The position numbers and the translations under genes were made by a program. A model generated the notes under the pieces. It was not told the origin of the DNA. It did not search any database and saw nothing but the letters and a program-made list of their open reading frames with translations. Positions 47,716-60,660 of a DNA stretch of 64,000 nucleotides are shown here, in pieces. How positions within the stretch are numbered: the stretch's first letter is position 1; every line of letters begins with the position of its first letter. Source of the DNA: Chiloscyllium plagiosum (taxonomy: Eukaryota). The DNA lies in the NCBI RefSeq assembly GCF_004010195.1, contig NC_057719.1, positions 12,723,872-12,787,871 on the forward strand, read 5' to 3'.

Positions 47716-50269
47716 GTTGAGTCCATTTTTTTGTTTTAATTCTCTGCAACTCGTTTAATTTCTCAACAGTTCCCACAGGCCACCCGCCCACACACCCTCG
47801 TCTGTGCCCCCCGCCACTAACACCCCACTGTGCCCATCTCCCCGCAGCCATCACATTCGTTCGAACTCCCCCCGTCCAATTCTTCAAAATAGGAGAGCAA
47901 CTCGGTAAATGCTGCAGTTGCTTCCGTTTTATTTTTAAATTCTGGGACTTGAATGGTAGAAAGAACGAAAGCAGTTAACAAAGCAATTGTAATATCAGGG
48001 AAATAATGAGATTGTCAAATTAACCAGAATGCACCCCTCCAAACGGTAACAAATTACTACATGTTAATCTGATTTACTTATAACATTTAGAACGAGCAGT
48101 TTATCCCATATATTTTTTTAAAAAATCGTCCCCGTGGAACTGATGTCAAGATTTCATTATCAGGAAACGAGGGAGACAGGGGAGAAAGCAAGAAAGGGAA
48201 TTTTCCATCGAAAAAGATTCAGTCTTTGAAACTATAACACGTATTGATTTTTCTTTCTTGTGTGGGCACGGGGAAGGAAGTCAAAAATTAAATGGCACTA
48301 AGGTTTAGCGATGACTGGGAATGAAATAAAACCATTTTCGATCCTTTCCCGTCCTGAATTGAAACATGTTTATTTGCAGAAATGCGTAATAAAATGGAAC
48401 ACCTCTTTAAAATGTATATATATAAACACAAGTGCAGCAATCGTGTGAAATTTAATTTAGCAAATACTGGAAAATTAACAGGTACGCTAAAATGTTTATT
48501 AACAATGATGGAGCTCGGATTACACTGATTAATGCGTACGATTAACTAAGTGTGTTAATATGGTCAAGTATGTTTATATATTTAAGTATTGGCTCTATTA
48601 ATATAATCAATTGATCAGATATTAATGTAATTGTTAAAGATTAACTGTGTTCGTATAATTAATAATTTGGTCGCTTTTCACCGATTTTTGCCTTTGGTAA
48701 TATGATAATTTGGCCGTTCAGATTTGATAACAAATGTCGTTAAGTCTCCGACTAGGGATTTAGTTCATAAACAGTACTTTCTCGATCCGAAAAAGCTAAA
48801 CAAATAATTCACCACCGCTCCTAGAAATAGATGTATTTTTTTTCAGAACAGACAGTGAATTATTCTTATTATTACGCTGTTTTATATGTATTTTACTTTT
48901 TTAAGAAAGGACAAATGCTATCACTCGCCTTTTGCACAAACCACTCCCTGAACTAGAGAGCGCCAGAAATTGCTGATGTCGTTATGACCGATTTAACCCG
49001 GTGCCGTTTCCCCGCGGAATGTGAATCAAGGCGGAGAAGGTCGAAGAAAATACCTCCTCAACCAAATAAAACGGATAGATTGGCTAATGAATTCAAATGG
49101 AGCGACTGGACGGCAGCCCAGAAAGACTCCAGCTCAATTTAAGAGAAAATTTTGCGCAGGGACAAATTGTTTACGCTAGGGCATAGTTTATCTGCTACAA
49201 TAGCCTCCCGAGTACAGGACTCAGGGTACAATAGAAATCGAATTTTGTAAAGGTGATGACGGGTCCCTGACACATTGCAATGAATGTGTGAGCATGTGTG
49301 TGTGCGTGTCTTTCATTGAATCTGGCGTGCGCTATGATAAAGTGAGTGTGCGAGAATCTTTGGAGAATCTCCTGAGTGCGGGAGAGAGAGAGGTGTTCCG
49401 GTGTAATTATGTTTACTCTCTGCTAAAGAGCTCTCTTCATCTCTGTGTTATACACATGTATGTGTGTGTGTGTGTGTGTGTAAATATTTACGGCTTTAAT
49501 TCCGCTTGCAACCAAGTTTTTCCATTTCATTTCCAGCTCTTCATCGAATCACTTCCAATCCATTTGAGAGATTGTTGAGGCGCCACGATATTTGTCCCCT
49601 TGCGTGCTGGTTTCGGATGCAATTTTGTTTTGGGGAGGGGGAAGCGGTGGCAGGTTAGAAATGATTATTAAAACGGTGGTTAAGACTGGATAGTTGACAG
49701 GACCCGTTCGGGTATAGACCCAGAAAGAGGAAAAGTGACCGGAGTTGAACTGGAGGAGCCAGGTGTTGTTGGAAAGAAAAATAATGTTGTTTACAATTTT
49801 TTTTAAAAAGCGTGAAGTTTTGTCGGGAAGCCAGGGAGTCGAAATAACGCGTTGAATTAGTATTAACAAAGATAAACACTGGTGAAAATATCAATATTTT
49901 GGCAACTGGTCAGATGTAAACATCAATAATTTCATTGGGGTGTAAAGGAACAACTTTGTGAACAGTCTCGTTTCCTTTCGTTCGAAAAAGGTTAAATGTT
50001 TGCTTTGCAGTTACCTGGACCGACATAAACAATCATCGCCCACTCTCCCTCTCCAACACACACTTGTCAGACTCTGAACAAAATAAACAGGCTTGAAGTA
50101 TCGATCAGGGCGGTACGACTTAAAAAAACCCCCACAAAATCTCAGCACCAGTTGAACTGGGAATTTGAGGAGAGGGGGGAGAAACGTTGTTTGGGGAGGA
50201 GGGAACTTGTTGCTTGGAGTTATGATGCTGTTGTCGAAATATGAACTGAGGCGAGAGCCCGCTCGGCTG

Positions 50270-50584
50270 AATCTATAGGGGAGATTAAACCGCAATCAGC
50301 GAGAGCGGGTTTAATTCCTGGAGGGAGGGAGGGAGAGAGGGAGGGAGAGAGGGAGTGTGAACCGAGGTTCCTAATTGATCCCGTGCTGCTGATTGGACGC
50401 CGATGTTGTTGCCCCGATGGGTTTGTCCCGTTAAATAAATAGGGAATTTCTAAAGGGATCGCAGCATTGCACATTGGACAGTGCACTAGGGACCAGTGGG
50501 GAGGGGGGATGGGGAAGGGGGGAAATTGAGAGTGTTAAACACCACACCCCCGCCCCCCCCCCAAAGGCTGAACAATCCGCCAGC
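50270..50584 (+). promoter_or_regulatory. VSX2: VSX2 proximal promoter / 5' UTR
   Basis: Repeat-free and CpG-rich. Contains GAGATTAA, TTTAATT and CTAATTG homeodomain-type motifs, a GGGA purine tract (50320-50355), reverse CCAAT (ATTGG 50392-50396) and an AT-rich TTAAATAAATA (50431-50441) about 150 nt before the ATG. Confidence 0.6.
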
Positions 50585-51002
50585 ATGACAGGTAAAGAGG
50601 AAATGGTCTCCGAGAATTTTAACAAGTCCAAAACGGTCTCGATTTCTCCAAACCTGACAAGCAACGAGCGGTCGAAAGGCCTGCCCGGCTCCGGGAATCC
50701 GTCGCGGTGCACGGGCTTTGGGATCCAGGAGATTCTCGGACTGAATAAAGAGCCGCCCGCCTCCACGCGGATCATCTCCGATTCCCTGCCGGCCGCGGCT
50801 CACCTGGTGGCGGCTCGGAGCGTGCTGACTCCCGCCGGGGTCGGGTTGGTCGGCGCGGCCGCTCTGCCGGCTTTCTACGGGCAGTCGGCCTTCCTGGATG
50901 TGCTGTCCGAACACCCGGGAATCCACGCAGCTCCTCCCGCTCACCTGCAGCCTCCACGCCGGGGCACAATCCACCTGGAGACCTGTCAGGAAGTCAGTTC
51001 AG
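50585..51002 (+). CDS. VSX2: Visual system homeobox 2 (CHX10), coding exon 1 (139 codons + 1 nt)
   Basis: Translation MTGKEEMVS...[19 protein letters not shown]...[15 protein letters not shown]...[16 protein letters not shown]...HLQP...LETCQEVSS closely matches the VSX2 N-terminus as I recall it ([22 protein letters not shown] eh1/octapeptide; HLLAARSVLSPAGVG; FYTQPTFLEVLSD; LDTSQTASS). ATG is in the context CAGCATGA. The exon ends at a canonical donor TCAG|GTGAGA in phase 1, like mammalian VSX2 exon 1. Confidence 0.93.
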
Positions 51003-52889
51003 GTGAGACAGAGCGAGAGAGAGAGACAGTTCAGTTTTACTGGACTAACCGTGCCCATTTACTAAAATAGATCCAACTTGAAGCAAAAGAAGAATCTCGA
51101 TGGAGCCAAATATTAATTTCAACAAGGTCTCATTTTGAAATATGTGGAATATGCAGGGATTGTCCAGCAATTTAAACAATTCAGAGTGATGTTAAGCAAC
51201 TCTTTTCGGTTTCACCACAACCATTAAGCTGGAAACCCCAGCGATCTTAATATTTAAATTCTATCTCAGGCGCTTTCCTTTCAAAAAGGAAACAACCGAT
51301 TTATATTCTCGTGTTTTCTTTTCAAAAAGGAAACATCTATTTTTACTCTAGTGCCTTTGTTCCAACAAGAAACAATATGATAATAGATACATTGCAGAGC
51401 AGTGAAATGACTACTATTTAAATTATTGTCTGGGATACTGACACCATAATAAGCCAGACTAACTATAAAATCAGAAATGTTAATAAATGTTCGTTTGCTT
51501 TTAGTCTGGTGACACCAACATACATTGTAGATTCGATTTTTTTTCAAATATTATGTCTCAGTCCCATACGGCTCCAATGCACGGTCTCAGTCCTTCTGTG
51601 TCGTGTATGATGCACTTGTGTCCAGCTCTACTATTGGTACATGCCCGGTACAAATGATAAAGATTATAGATTTAATATAATCAGGAAAGGTTTGCCTTTA
51701 AAAAAGATGTAAATTCGAATACTTTGTAAATTTGAACTCAGAATATCTCGTTTTAAATCGGTCAACTTTCATTCCAAACCGCGGGTAAGTATTTGAAAAT
51801 GTGTGTTTTTTTTGAGATTTTAGACCTGTATTTTAGACCCCAGTCTGAATCGGAAAGTATAAATGTATCTGGCCAAATGTGAGAGTTTTCTGCTCATTCG
51901 TTATGTTCTGGTCATAAATGCGGCTGAAACCTGAAAAGGAAACATCAGCGTGCAGCTTTGTGCGGGGTAATACCCAAGGTCTGGACTGAGAGGGATCCTG
52001 GCGCATTGCTGGGGTTGAGCGAACACTCAGTTTCCAATCAGTTGTTATCGAAGAGTAAAAATCTAATTAATACTTGATGATCTTGTCTAATATAAATACA
52101 TTTATGTTTCATATCTCTATGTAAAACGTTTCTATATAGATAAATAGAATCACGACACACTTGTACCAAATAATATTCATCTAATTCACAGGGTGATCAG
52201 TGAACATTCAAAAAAGGAAGTGTTTTTTCTCTTAATTTACTTGTCAGATATGCACTGTATCAAATACACGTTTCTTAAATCTCTGGACAGTTAAAAGAAA
52301 ATTGCACTAAGGGTATTGGATGGATGTTATAAATGATCTTATTGTCTCAATCCATAGTGGACTGGATGTGTCCTGAGTTTAATGTGGTTAGAGATGTTTA
52401 ATGTTGGCGTTTCCAGAGTGTGGATATACGTTGGCCCCGGGTCTAATTAATAGCGTGGAGCTCGGTGCTGCTGTAACTATTTGATTAAAAGTTGGACGAT
52501 ATTGGCTAATTCATTTGAAGTTAGAGTGTGTTGATGTCGTAGTTCCTGTTGTTACTGTCTGTATTCTGTGTGGTGGGTATCTAGACATGCCAGATTTGTG
52601 AACAATGCAATGATTGGTGGGGCAGAAATCTTTCCCGCTGTTTAATGTACTGTATACCATGGATTCCCCTCAGTAGGTGACAGGGAGAAACTGTCAGCAA
52701 ACAAATATTTACAAAGTAAGAATTGCGCTTTCAGGCTTCTCCCTCGCTCATATTTTCAATTGATTTCCGATTGTGTTTGCAGATGGGATTCCTCCTTGTC
52801 CAGGAATCGCTGAGCGATACAGCCCAGGTTGTATATAATGCTCTAGTAAAGGATATAGGATATAGCATCTGAGATATCATAGAAGAATA

Positions 52890-53175
52890 GACTAGGATCC
52901 TGTGGGAAAAGGCCATTCGGCCTAACAAGTCTACACCTACCCTCTGAAGGGCGTCCTAGCCAGAACCATCTCATGACTAATGCCCCTAATCTCGACATCC
53001 TTGAACACTATGGACAATTTAACATTGCCAGTGCACCAAGCTTGCACATATTTGGACTCTGGGAGGTAACGGGAGCATCCATGCAGACAAACTCCACACG
53101 CATACATCGCCCGAGGCTGGAATTGGATCGGGGTGCCTGGTGCTGTGAGGCAGTAGTGCTAGCCCACTGTGCCAT
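52890..53175 (-). mobile_element. HE1-like SINE (diverged), intronic
   Basis: Recognisable CAAACTCCACAC...GTGAGGCAGTAGTGCTAGCCCACTGTGCCA. Confidence 0.7.
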
Positions 53176-54458
53176 GTGGTTGAGTAGTTGTATGTATTTT
53201 CTTGTAGAGAATTTGTACATATCCAATGTACTATATAAGTAAAGCAAAACAGAGATTGCTGGAGAAACAGGTCTGTGGAGTGAGAAAAACAGAGTTAACC
53301 ACTCGAGTCTAATGGATCTTCCACTTTGTACAGGGTGCTGGCTTTGTGAACTTGTAGACAAATCTCAGGGATGGCGTACAATGATACTATAACTATACCA
53401 AAGGACTATCGGATTATATAGGAAGCTGACCGTACAATATTGCGTCGACGCGCTGTGTATAAACTGCATTAACAACAGAATGCACAAGGCGAAACATGAG
53501 CTGCTTAGCTTCAAGATGAACCACACACATTGAGTGATTTGCTGATAACAGTGTAGATAAAACTGGACGTAAGAGGGGATTAGATTTGGACTGTATATGA
53601 TATGGGGTTTGCGGTAACATATGTGATGTACGGCATTCGCGTTGTGCCTGATTCCGTAAAAACAGAAAATGCACAGAGTTGGTGGTCTGCATTATTTGTA
53701 GAATGATCAATAATATAGTGGATGATTGTAACACGTGCCACATAAACCGCATTAAATACAAAATGCTTCCATTGTCCAGTGTTCGATGCATTCGATTGTG
53801 TGGGGTGTCTGATATACCTGCTGTTAGATCGCGAGTACAGGATGAAAGTCTAGGACGGTGTATTTAGCAAAGTTATGTTGGGTGCTGAGTGTACATGGTT
53901 ATACTGGGACTGAGGCATAACTAGATATAGCCCAAGGACTGTAGGAATGTAAACTTTGGAATTGTATGTTATTTTTGGCTGACAGGTGACGCCGGATATA
54001 TGGGATCATATAAGAACAAGTGTAGATATTGGGTGTACAGGCTTAACGGTAGTATAGGAACTAGAATGTACTGTTAAGTGTACGCAGTCCTGAGGACTTC
54101 CAAAAATATACAGGATTGTATGGGAGGTACACAGTATCTCGCAGATTTAACGGCAGTTCCAGGGCGTAGAGACAAAAGAACCCAGGTTTGAGACGAAAAC
54201 AAGGATAACGATGTCCCCTTGCATGTAAATGTGATGTTTGCCAGTCAGATTTATAAAATTGCCGCCTGTACACCATGATGACAGCTCTAGGATTCTGTAT
54301 CAACACGATGCCCGTCGGCAGGCACATGGGCTGCATGTAGAGCATGTAATTGTCTAGGCGAGGTCTTCAAGGTAAGGACGAAGTTTGATAAGCTAGCATC
54401 GTGGAAAAGATGTTTCCAATTGCACGCGAGATCCGAATCAGGGTCCCTGGACTCTATG

Positions 54459-54683
54459 AGGAGAAAGTGAGGACTGCAGATGCTGGAGATCAGAGCTGAA
54501 AATGTGTTGCTGGAAAAGCGCAGCAGGTCAGGCAGCATCCAAGGAACAGGGGAATCGACGTTTCGGGCATAAGCCCTTCTTCAGGAAGGGCTTTCCTGAG
54601 GAAGGGCTTATGCCCGAAACGTCGATTCTCCTGTTCCTTGGATGCTGCCTGACCTGCTGCGCTTTTCCAGCAACACATTTTCA
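54459..54683. mobile_element. Palindromic Penelope-type terminal-repeat dimer with hammerhead-like cores
   Basis: Arms 54497-54587 and 54593-54683 (89/91 complementary); TSD TCCCTGGACTCTATG (54444-54458) / TCCCTGGATTCTATG (54684-54698). Confidence 0.85.
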
Positions 54684-55023
54684 TCCCTGGATTCTATGGC
54701 GCGGAGCTGATGTCTTGTGGATGATAGAGGGCTCGTGTGGTGTGAGGCGACAAGGAGGTGGTATAAGCAAACTTCTGTTTGCATTGTATGGGATGATGAA
54801 TGTGGAGGGTTCGGTCAGGTGTCCAGTCTACTTGTTTACATAGAATACTGGCTGTTTAGGGATGACCGAGTTGCTTGTTGGAATGCCAAGATTAAATAAC
54901 GCTCGTTAACATGGCGAAAGATCTCGAACTTGCGAGGATGGGAAACTGAACTCGGGATGAAGGGGAAGATGAGACTAGCTGATCAGAGATGCAATGCAAG
55001 AGGCGTGTTTTGCAGCTACACTG

Positions 55024-55705
55024 CATGTGTGTGNNNNNNNNNNNNNNNNNNNNNNNNNNNNNNNNNNNNNNNNNNNNNNNNNNNNNNNNNNNNNNNNNNN
55101 NNNNNNNNNNNNNNNNNNNNNNNNNNNNNNNNNNNNNNNNNNNNNNNNNNNNNNNNNNNNTCACACACACTTCCTCTCTCACACTAGCACTGTCTAACTC
55201 ACACTATTTCTCACTTTCTCACGCACACACTCTTACACAATCTCTCACTCACACATACACTATCTCTCATTGTCTCACACAGTCTTTCTCACACACTTTC
55301 TGACTCGCACACACTATTTTTCACTCTGTCGCAAACACTATCCCTCACTTTATCTGTCACACACTCTATCTCTCTCTCACGCACACACTTTCTCTTCCAC
55401 GCACACACTATCTCTCGACCCGAAACGTTAACACTGATTCCTCTCTACAGATGCTTTCAGAACTGCTGAGCTTTTCCAGCAATTTCTGTTTTTGTTTCTG
55501 AATTGCAGCATCCGCAGTTCTTTCGTTTTGTACACACTATCTCACATACTTTCTCTATCTCTCTCACACACACTATCATTGTCTCTCTCACACACACACG
55601 CTTTCTCACTGTCTCACACATTCATTCTCGCAGACTCTCACATACCAGCGCACTCATTTGACACACGCAAACTTACACACGCACTCACTCATTCTCACAC
55701 ACTTG
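55024..55705. repeat. CA/CT-rich low-complexity tract with N gap (55034-55160) and a family B repeat (55415-55530)
   Basis: Runs of CACAC and TCTC; 127 N. Confidence 0.85.
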
Positions 55706-58331
55706 GATAATGTTGACATGAAATGACAGCGAGTGTAAGTTGGAGTCGAGAGGCAGGAGGAGCAGACAGAGACAGAGAGAGAATGGGAGGGAAGTGTAAC
55801 AGAACAGGCCAATTTTGTAATGAGTGTCATCGAGGCACGAAGCAAGCAATATAAACTATAGACCGAGATAATAAATGAACGAGACTTCATATTGAAAAGG
55901 ACACAGATCAGAGAGACTTGACTTTTACTGATCTGCATAGTCCAACATCCTACATAGAAGTAAAAACATTTTGTGCGTTTTTTCCTACACAATAACAGGA
56001 GCAGTTTGGAATGTATAAGATGCTTAAGTGCACCTTATCTGAATTGGACTGAGTGTGGAGATATATGGAGGCCTACGGGTTGGTTAGGACTGTAAAACTG
56101 ATGTTTATATAAAAGTCTATTATGATGGTCTATAGGATTGTGAGTTCACTGGTTCTATGAGAATCTGAGGCTTTGAGCTTCCGGGGGGCACCCGTTGAGT
56201 AGGATAGCGGATGTTTAAGGACGGTGAAAAACGTTGAAATAATTATCCACCTCTGTATATCGATAACGCTGGTAGCTAACCATGAACATAACACTTGTTC
56301 AAATTAGCTTTTAATGTTTTAATTAGCACTTTAAAGTTTGAACAAACGAGGAGGTGAGCAGTCCAACTCTGTGTGAATCTGACAGGGAATATCAGTAAAT
56401 CAGCGGTATCCTGTCTGCTACCATTGCCCCGTGCTCCAGGCGGTCTGAGCTCCCTTATTCTCGGGCGCCGAGAGATTAAGCGAGCGGTTTGTATTGGGAA
56501 CAGGCGGAGGATTTATATTGGGAGCTGCTCACTGCTCTGACTCCGCTCGAATTGCTTGTTGCGAGTCGGTGCTGAAGTTGAGCATTTAAAAGTGGGGATG
56601 ACGTCCAGTACCCGGGGGATGAACACGGCTGTCTTCAACGTGTGTAATGTCACAATGAGAGCAGCTCTTCTTAATAAGTTCAAACCCAGACAGTGGCCCG
56701 GGAGAGTCACACTGGCATGCGTTACCTGTAAAAGTAACGGGAGTTGAGCGGGAGGTACACCCTGGAGCTGGAGTGTGCCTGGGCTGGTAACTTCAAGGTC
56801 TGTGGGTTCAAATCCAACCACAGCACCCGAATGAATTATAAACTCAATTAATAAATCTAGTGGCCGTGAAAACTAATCACTGACAGAAACAGCTATCGAG
56901 CTGGGTCTCGAAGTGTTAACTCTGTTTCTCTCTCCATAGATGCTGCCAGACCTGCTGAGTTTCTCCAGCAATTTCTGTCTTTCTTTCAGATTTCCAACAC
57001 CCGCAGTTCGTTTTAAAACCAATCAATTGTTAGCTCGCCATGTCATTTTGTAGAAAGGAGTGCGCTGTTGAAGGAACCAGGCTGCTCCGCTTCCTTGTGA
57101 CTCCAGGCCCACTGTTTTGCCTTCACTGTCCTTTCCATTCAGTCCAACGGACATCTCGTGATAGATTCAATTTTTTTTTAAAAAACTAAGAGAACGGGGT
57201 AACACGAATAACAGAATTAGATTGAAGTGATGGAGTTATGTTGGTAAATTGGGAAGCAATCATAGTTAGACAGGAAAGTAACTACTTTTTGGGAACAACA
57301 GAAATAAATTAGATGTAAATTTTGTGACAAGGTTGCTGGAGAGAGGCAAGGCTGTTTGGCAATGACTAGTACAGCTGTGCTATGCTCCAGCAACACACCG
57401 GAGTGGTGGGATTTTGCTAGTTATCTCGGAATTGCCTGGAGCCGGACTGTAAGCGATGTTACAGCCAGAATCCCTGGTAAGAGACATTGTACACAACAGC
57501 GGGCCCCAGTTTAGCGTATGTTTATGAAGCCGTGCACTCTCATGCTCAAAGCAGCCTTTAACGGACTTCCCAACCAACCAATCTGGGAATCCTCGTCTCC
57601 TCTCCCCGTAATATCCGTTCAATCTCCGCTGCCCAAATCTCAATAATAATGTTTTGGAGCTCCTACCTTAATGTGGTGGTGACGTTAGCTAGAAATTTGA
57701 ATAGGCCGCTATAAATTCTGACTAGGGCGAGAGAGGGGGCCGGAGGGCATATGTCTCGTTACATTACACAGCGGGGTGTGAGCGGGAGCCCGGTTAAAGA
57801 AGGTTGTGTTTTGGGTAACAATGGGTTAATAGTTCCGTTCTGGACATTGTTCGGACGGGAGTTCAGAAGCTAACTTTCTGTCCCCTTGTAGCTATTTGAC
57901 TCCTCCTGCCGCTGGAGAGAAAGACAGAGGGGAATCTGGAGCTAAGTAAGTTCCGCCATCCCAATTAATGTGAGGCTGGGGAGAATCACACTGACTTGGA
58001 ACATGATTTTCAATGGCCGGCCAGCGGTCGGTTTGTCTTATTAGCAATAGCACCAAGGATGTGGATAATTCAGCTCCTCCATCAGTGTCCATGTGAATAC
58101 TATTATTATGTTCATTAGGAGGTGGAAAGAGAGACATCTTCTGTCCCTTTCCAAGGAGCGTGTTTGCTCAGAAATAATTCTACATCGCCCTTGTTCTGCC
58201 TGCTGGATGTATAAACCTATCACTTATCCTATCCGGAGTTAACTGCACTGAAGGGTTCTTGTGTAGTGGTAGTGCAAGTTCCTCTGAGCCAGGAGGCCCG
58301 GTCTCCCGCTCCAGAGGTATATCATGTCATA

Positions 58332-58560
58332 GTCGAGAGTGTGGTGCTGGAAAAGCACAGCAGGTCAGGCAACATCCGAGGAGCAGGAGAATCGACGTTT
58401 CGAGTAAAAGCCCTTCATAGGAGGGCATCAACTGATAAAGGGCTTATGCCCAAAACGTCGACTCTCCTGCTCCTCGGATGCTGCCTGACCTGCTGTGCTT
58501 TTCCAGCACTACACTCTCTACTCTAATCTCCAGCATCTGCAGTCCTCACTTTCGCTTACT
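58332..58560. mobile_element. Second palindromic Penelope-type dimer
   Basis: Arms at about 58335-58420 and 58432-58518; TSD ATGTCATA (58324-58331 / 58561-58568). Confidence 0.8.
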
Positions 58561-60269
58561 ATGTCATATTATCGCTGAACAGGTTGATTAGAAAACAGCG
58601 TCGATCTGTCTAGATGAAGTAAACAGATGGTGCAGTTATTAATGGAAAATTTACTTTGGGGATGCATTATACTAGACAAGGTGTGTGGTCAGAGCAATGG
58701 AGGACCAGGTAACTTGGAGCTATACTTCATGAAGCTCTCTCTAGAACTGGAGACCCTGACCTCTTGTCTGTCTCTCCCAGAAACAGGAGGTTCACGAGTC
58801 AGCAACTCGACTGTTGTCTGAAACTGTGATAGGAGGTGACTAAGATGACTTTCCAAACATCCAGTAATTTCCATTAAATCGCTCGAATGAGTAAATAATA
58901 CATCATTTTGACTTTCAAAATAAATCGCGGCTCATTCCCATAGGCGATGCTGAGCTCATCCAGTTTTGAATTTTTTTGTGAAGTGAAAGTTTTCAAATTC
59001 AACAAACCCCCAGTCTCGCAAGAGTTGGTCTGAATTCCTAAACGCTGCCTCGCCGGCTCAGCCACAGAATCATTCTGCTAACGGGAACATTTTTGGACGG
59101 GATACACTTTAAGTCGTTAAATGCTTCTTTTGGGAAAAAAACCCGTAAATTGATATTAACTGAGGCGAGAATAGACGTGGTAGAGCCATCCTTCTGTCTG
59201 TTTTCACCTTCACAGTAAAGGCTGAGTAATATCTGACTCGTTATTATCTTAAACATTATACGCCAAAGGATAATAACTGACAAAATGGTACTCAATAATC
59301 TCATATTTACAATGTCAATATATTTCTCTCTGTGGGAAATCCAGTTCCTGATTACATCATCCTGAATACAGCCATCTGGGAATGTTCTTTGTAAACATGA
59401 CTTGTTTCAGTAGAAAGTTTGAGAATGGAATTTACGCCCATTTAAAAAGACCTTCAGTACAGAATCTACCAGCGGCTTTAGTGAGAATTTGTTTAAAGTT
59501 AAATCGTTTTCCAAATCATATTTTTTTAAAAAACTGGCAGATAAGACGTGTCAGAATATTACAGAATCAGGATCTTCAGGGCATTACATCTCTGCCCTTG
59601 GGAAGAGCAATTGAATTAGTTCCCCCCACCCTCCGCCTTTTTTCGTTTCCTTGTTAGGCAAGACCATTAAAGGTTATCGGAAATGGGTGGGAATGTGGAA
59701 TTCGAAACACAAACAGAGCCGTGATCATATTGAATAGTGGTGCAGACTAGAGAGAACGAATGGTTTGCTTCTGCTCCTGTTTTGCATGTTATGGGGTAAA
59801 TTTGAATTCTGACCCGCAGATACATTCACGCCATCTCAGCAGAACTGAACACTTCCCTGGTATTTGCACTGGATTAAATTGTGCAGAAGGAAGTGTCCAT
59901 GGTAAAATATTCCTCATTCTGCCCAGTTTCTGATGCTCATGTCTCATCTGGGATCCTCCCACTTTCCTCTTCACCAATTCAGAGTGAAACGAAAAGGCCA
60001 CGCAGCCTGATCCCCCTTTCTCCAGCTGATCTCCTCCCGAGAGGAATTTTCCAGGTTACTGCACATTCCTAAATTCTTCAGCCGCGAAGACAGTGGGGTG
60101 AATCAAACTGGGTTCATTCCCTCAACAAACATCGTTTGAAAATAAAACTCATCATCTTTTCAGCAGACTGGAATAAATTGAGTTGTTTTTTTTGCTGAAT
60201 TTGATTCCAACTTCCAATCAAAACCAATTTCCAGCAAATTGCAATAAATTCAAACCCAATGAGATGAAA

Positions 60270-60660
60270 AAAAAAACACACATGTAACAACGCAGACACA
60301 ACCACACAGACACCCAGACACATAACCACACACAGACAGACAAAAACATGCACGCACGCACACACATACATGCAAATAACTACACAGACACACAAAGGGA
60401 CATAACCACACTAGGCACACACGCATGCACACACAGGCACATAATCATGTACAGTCACATAACCACAACCGACACATAGAGACAGACACATACACATATA
60501 AGCATATATAAAACATAGGCACATGCACACACAGATACATAACCACACAGAAACAGATATACCTACAATCACATTAGGAGCCACACACAAACTCAACAGA
60601 CAGCTCATCAAATGCAGACAGAGACACATATGTACACATTGAGGTATAGACACAGACAGA
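60270..60660. repeat. CA-rich degenerate microsatellite
   Basis: ACACAC, AGACAC and ATAACCAC variants. Confidence 0.85.

Noticed and set aside
50474..51070. 198-aa single-exon ORF from the ORF track
   Set aside because: It starts at a TTG in the 5' UTR and reads through the splice donor. Homology supports ATG 50585 and exon end 51002.
54490..54843. Mirror-image ORFs MCCWKSAAGQAASKEQ on both strands
   Set aside because: A by-product of the palindromic repeat, not protein-coding.
59960..60060. Candidate VSX2 exon 2 after pyrimidine tracts
   Set aside because: The acceptors give an immediate stop or an unrelated peptide, with no KKRKKRRHR motif.
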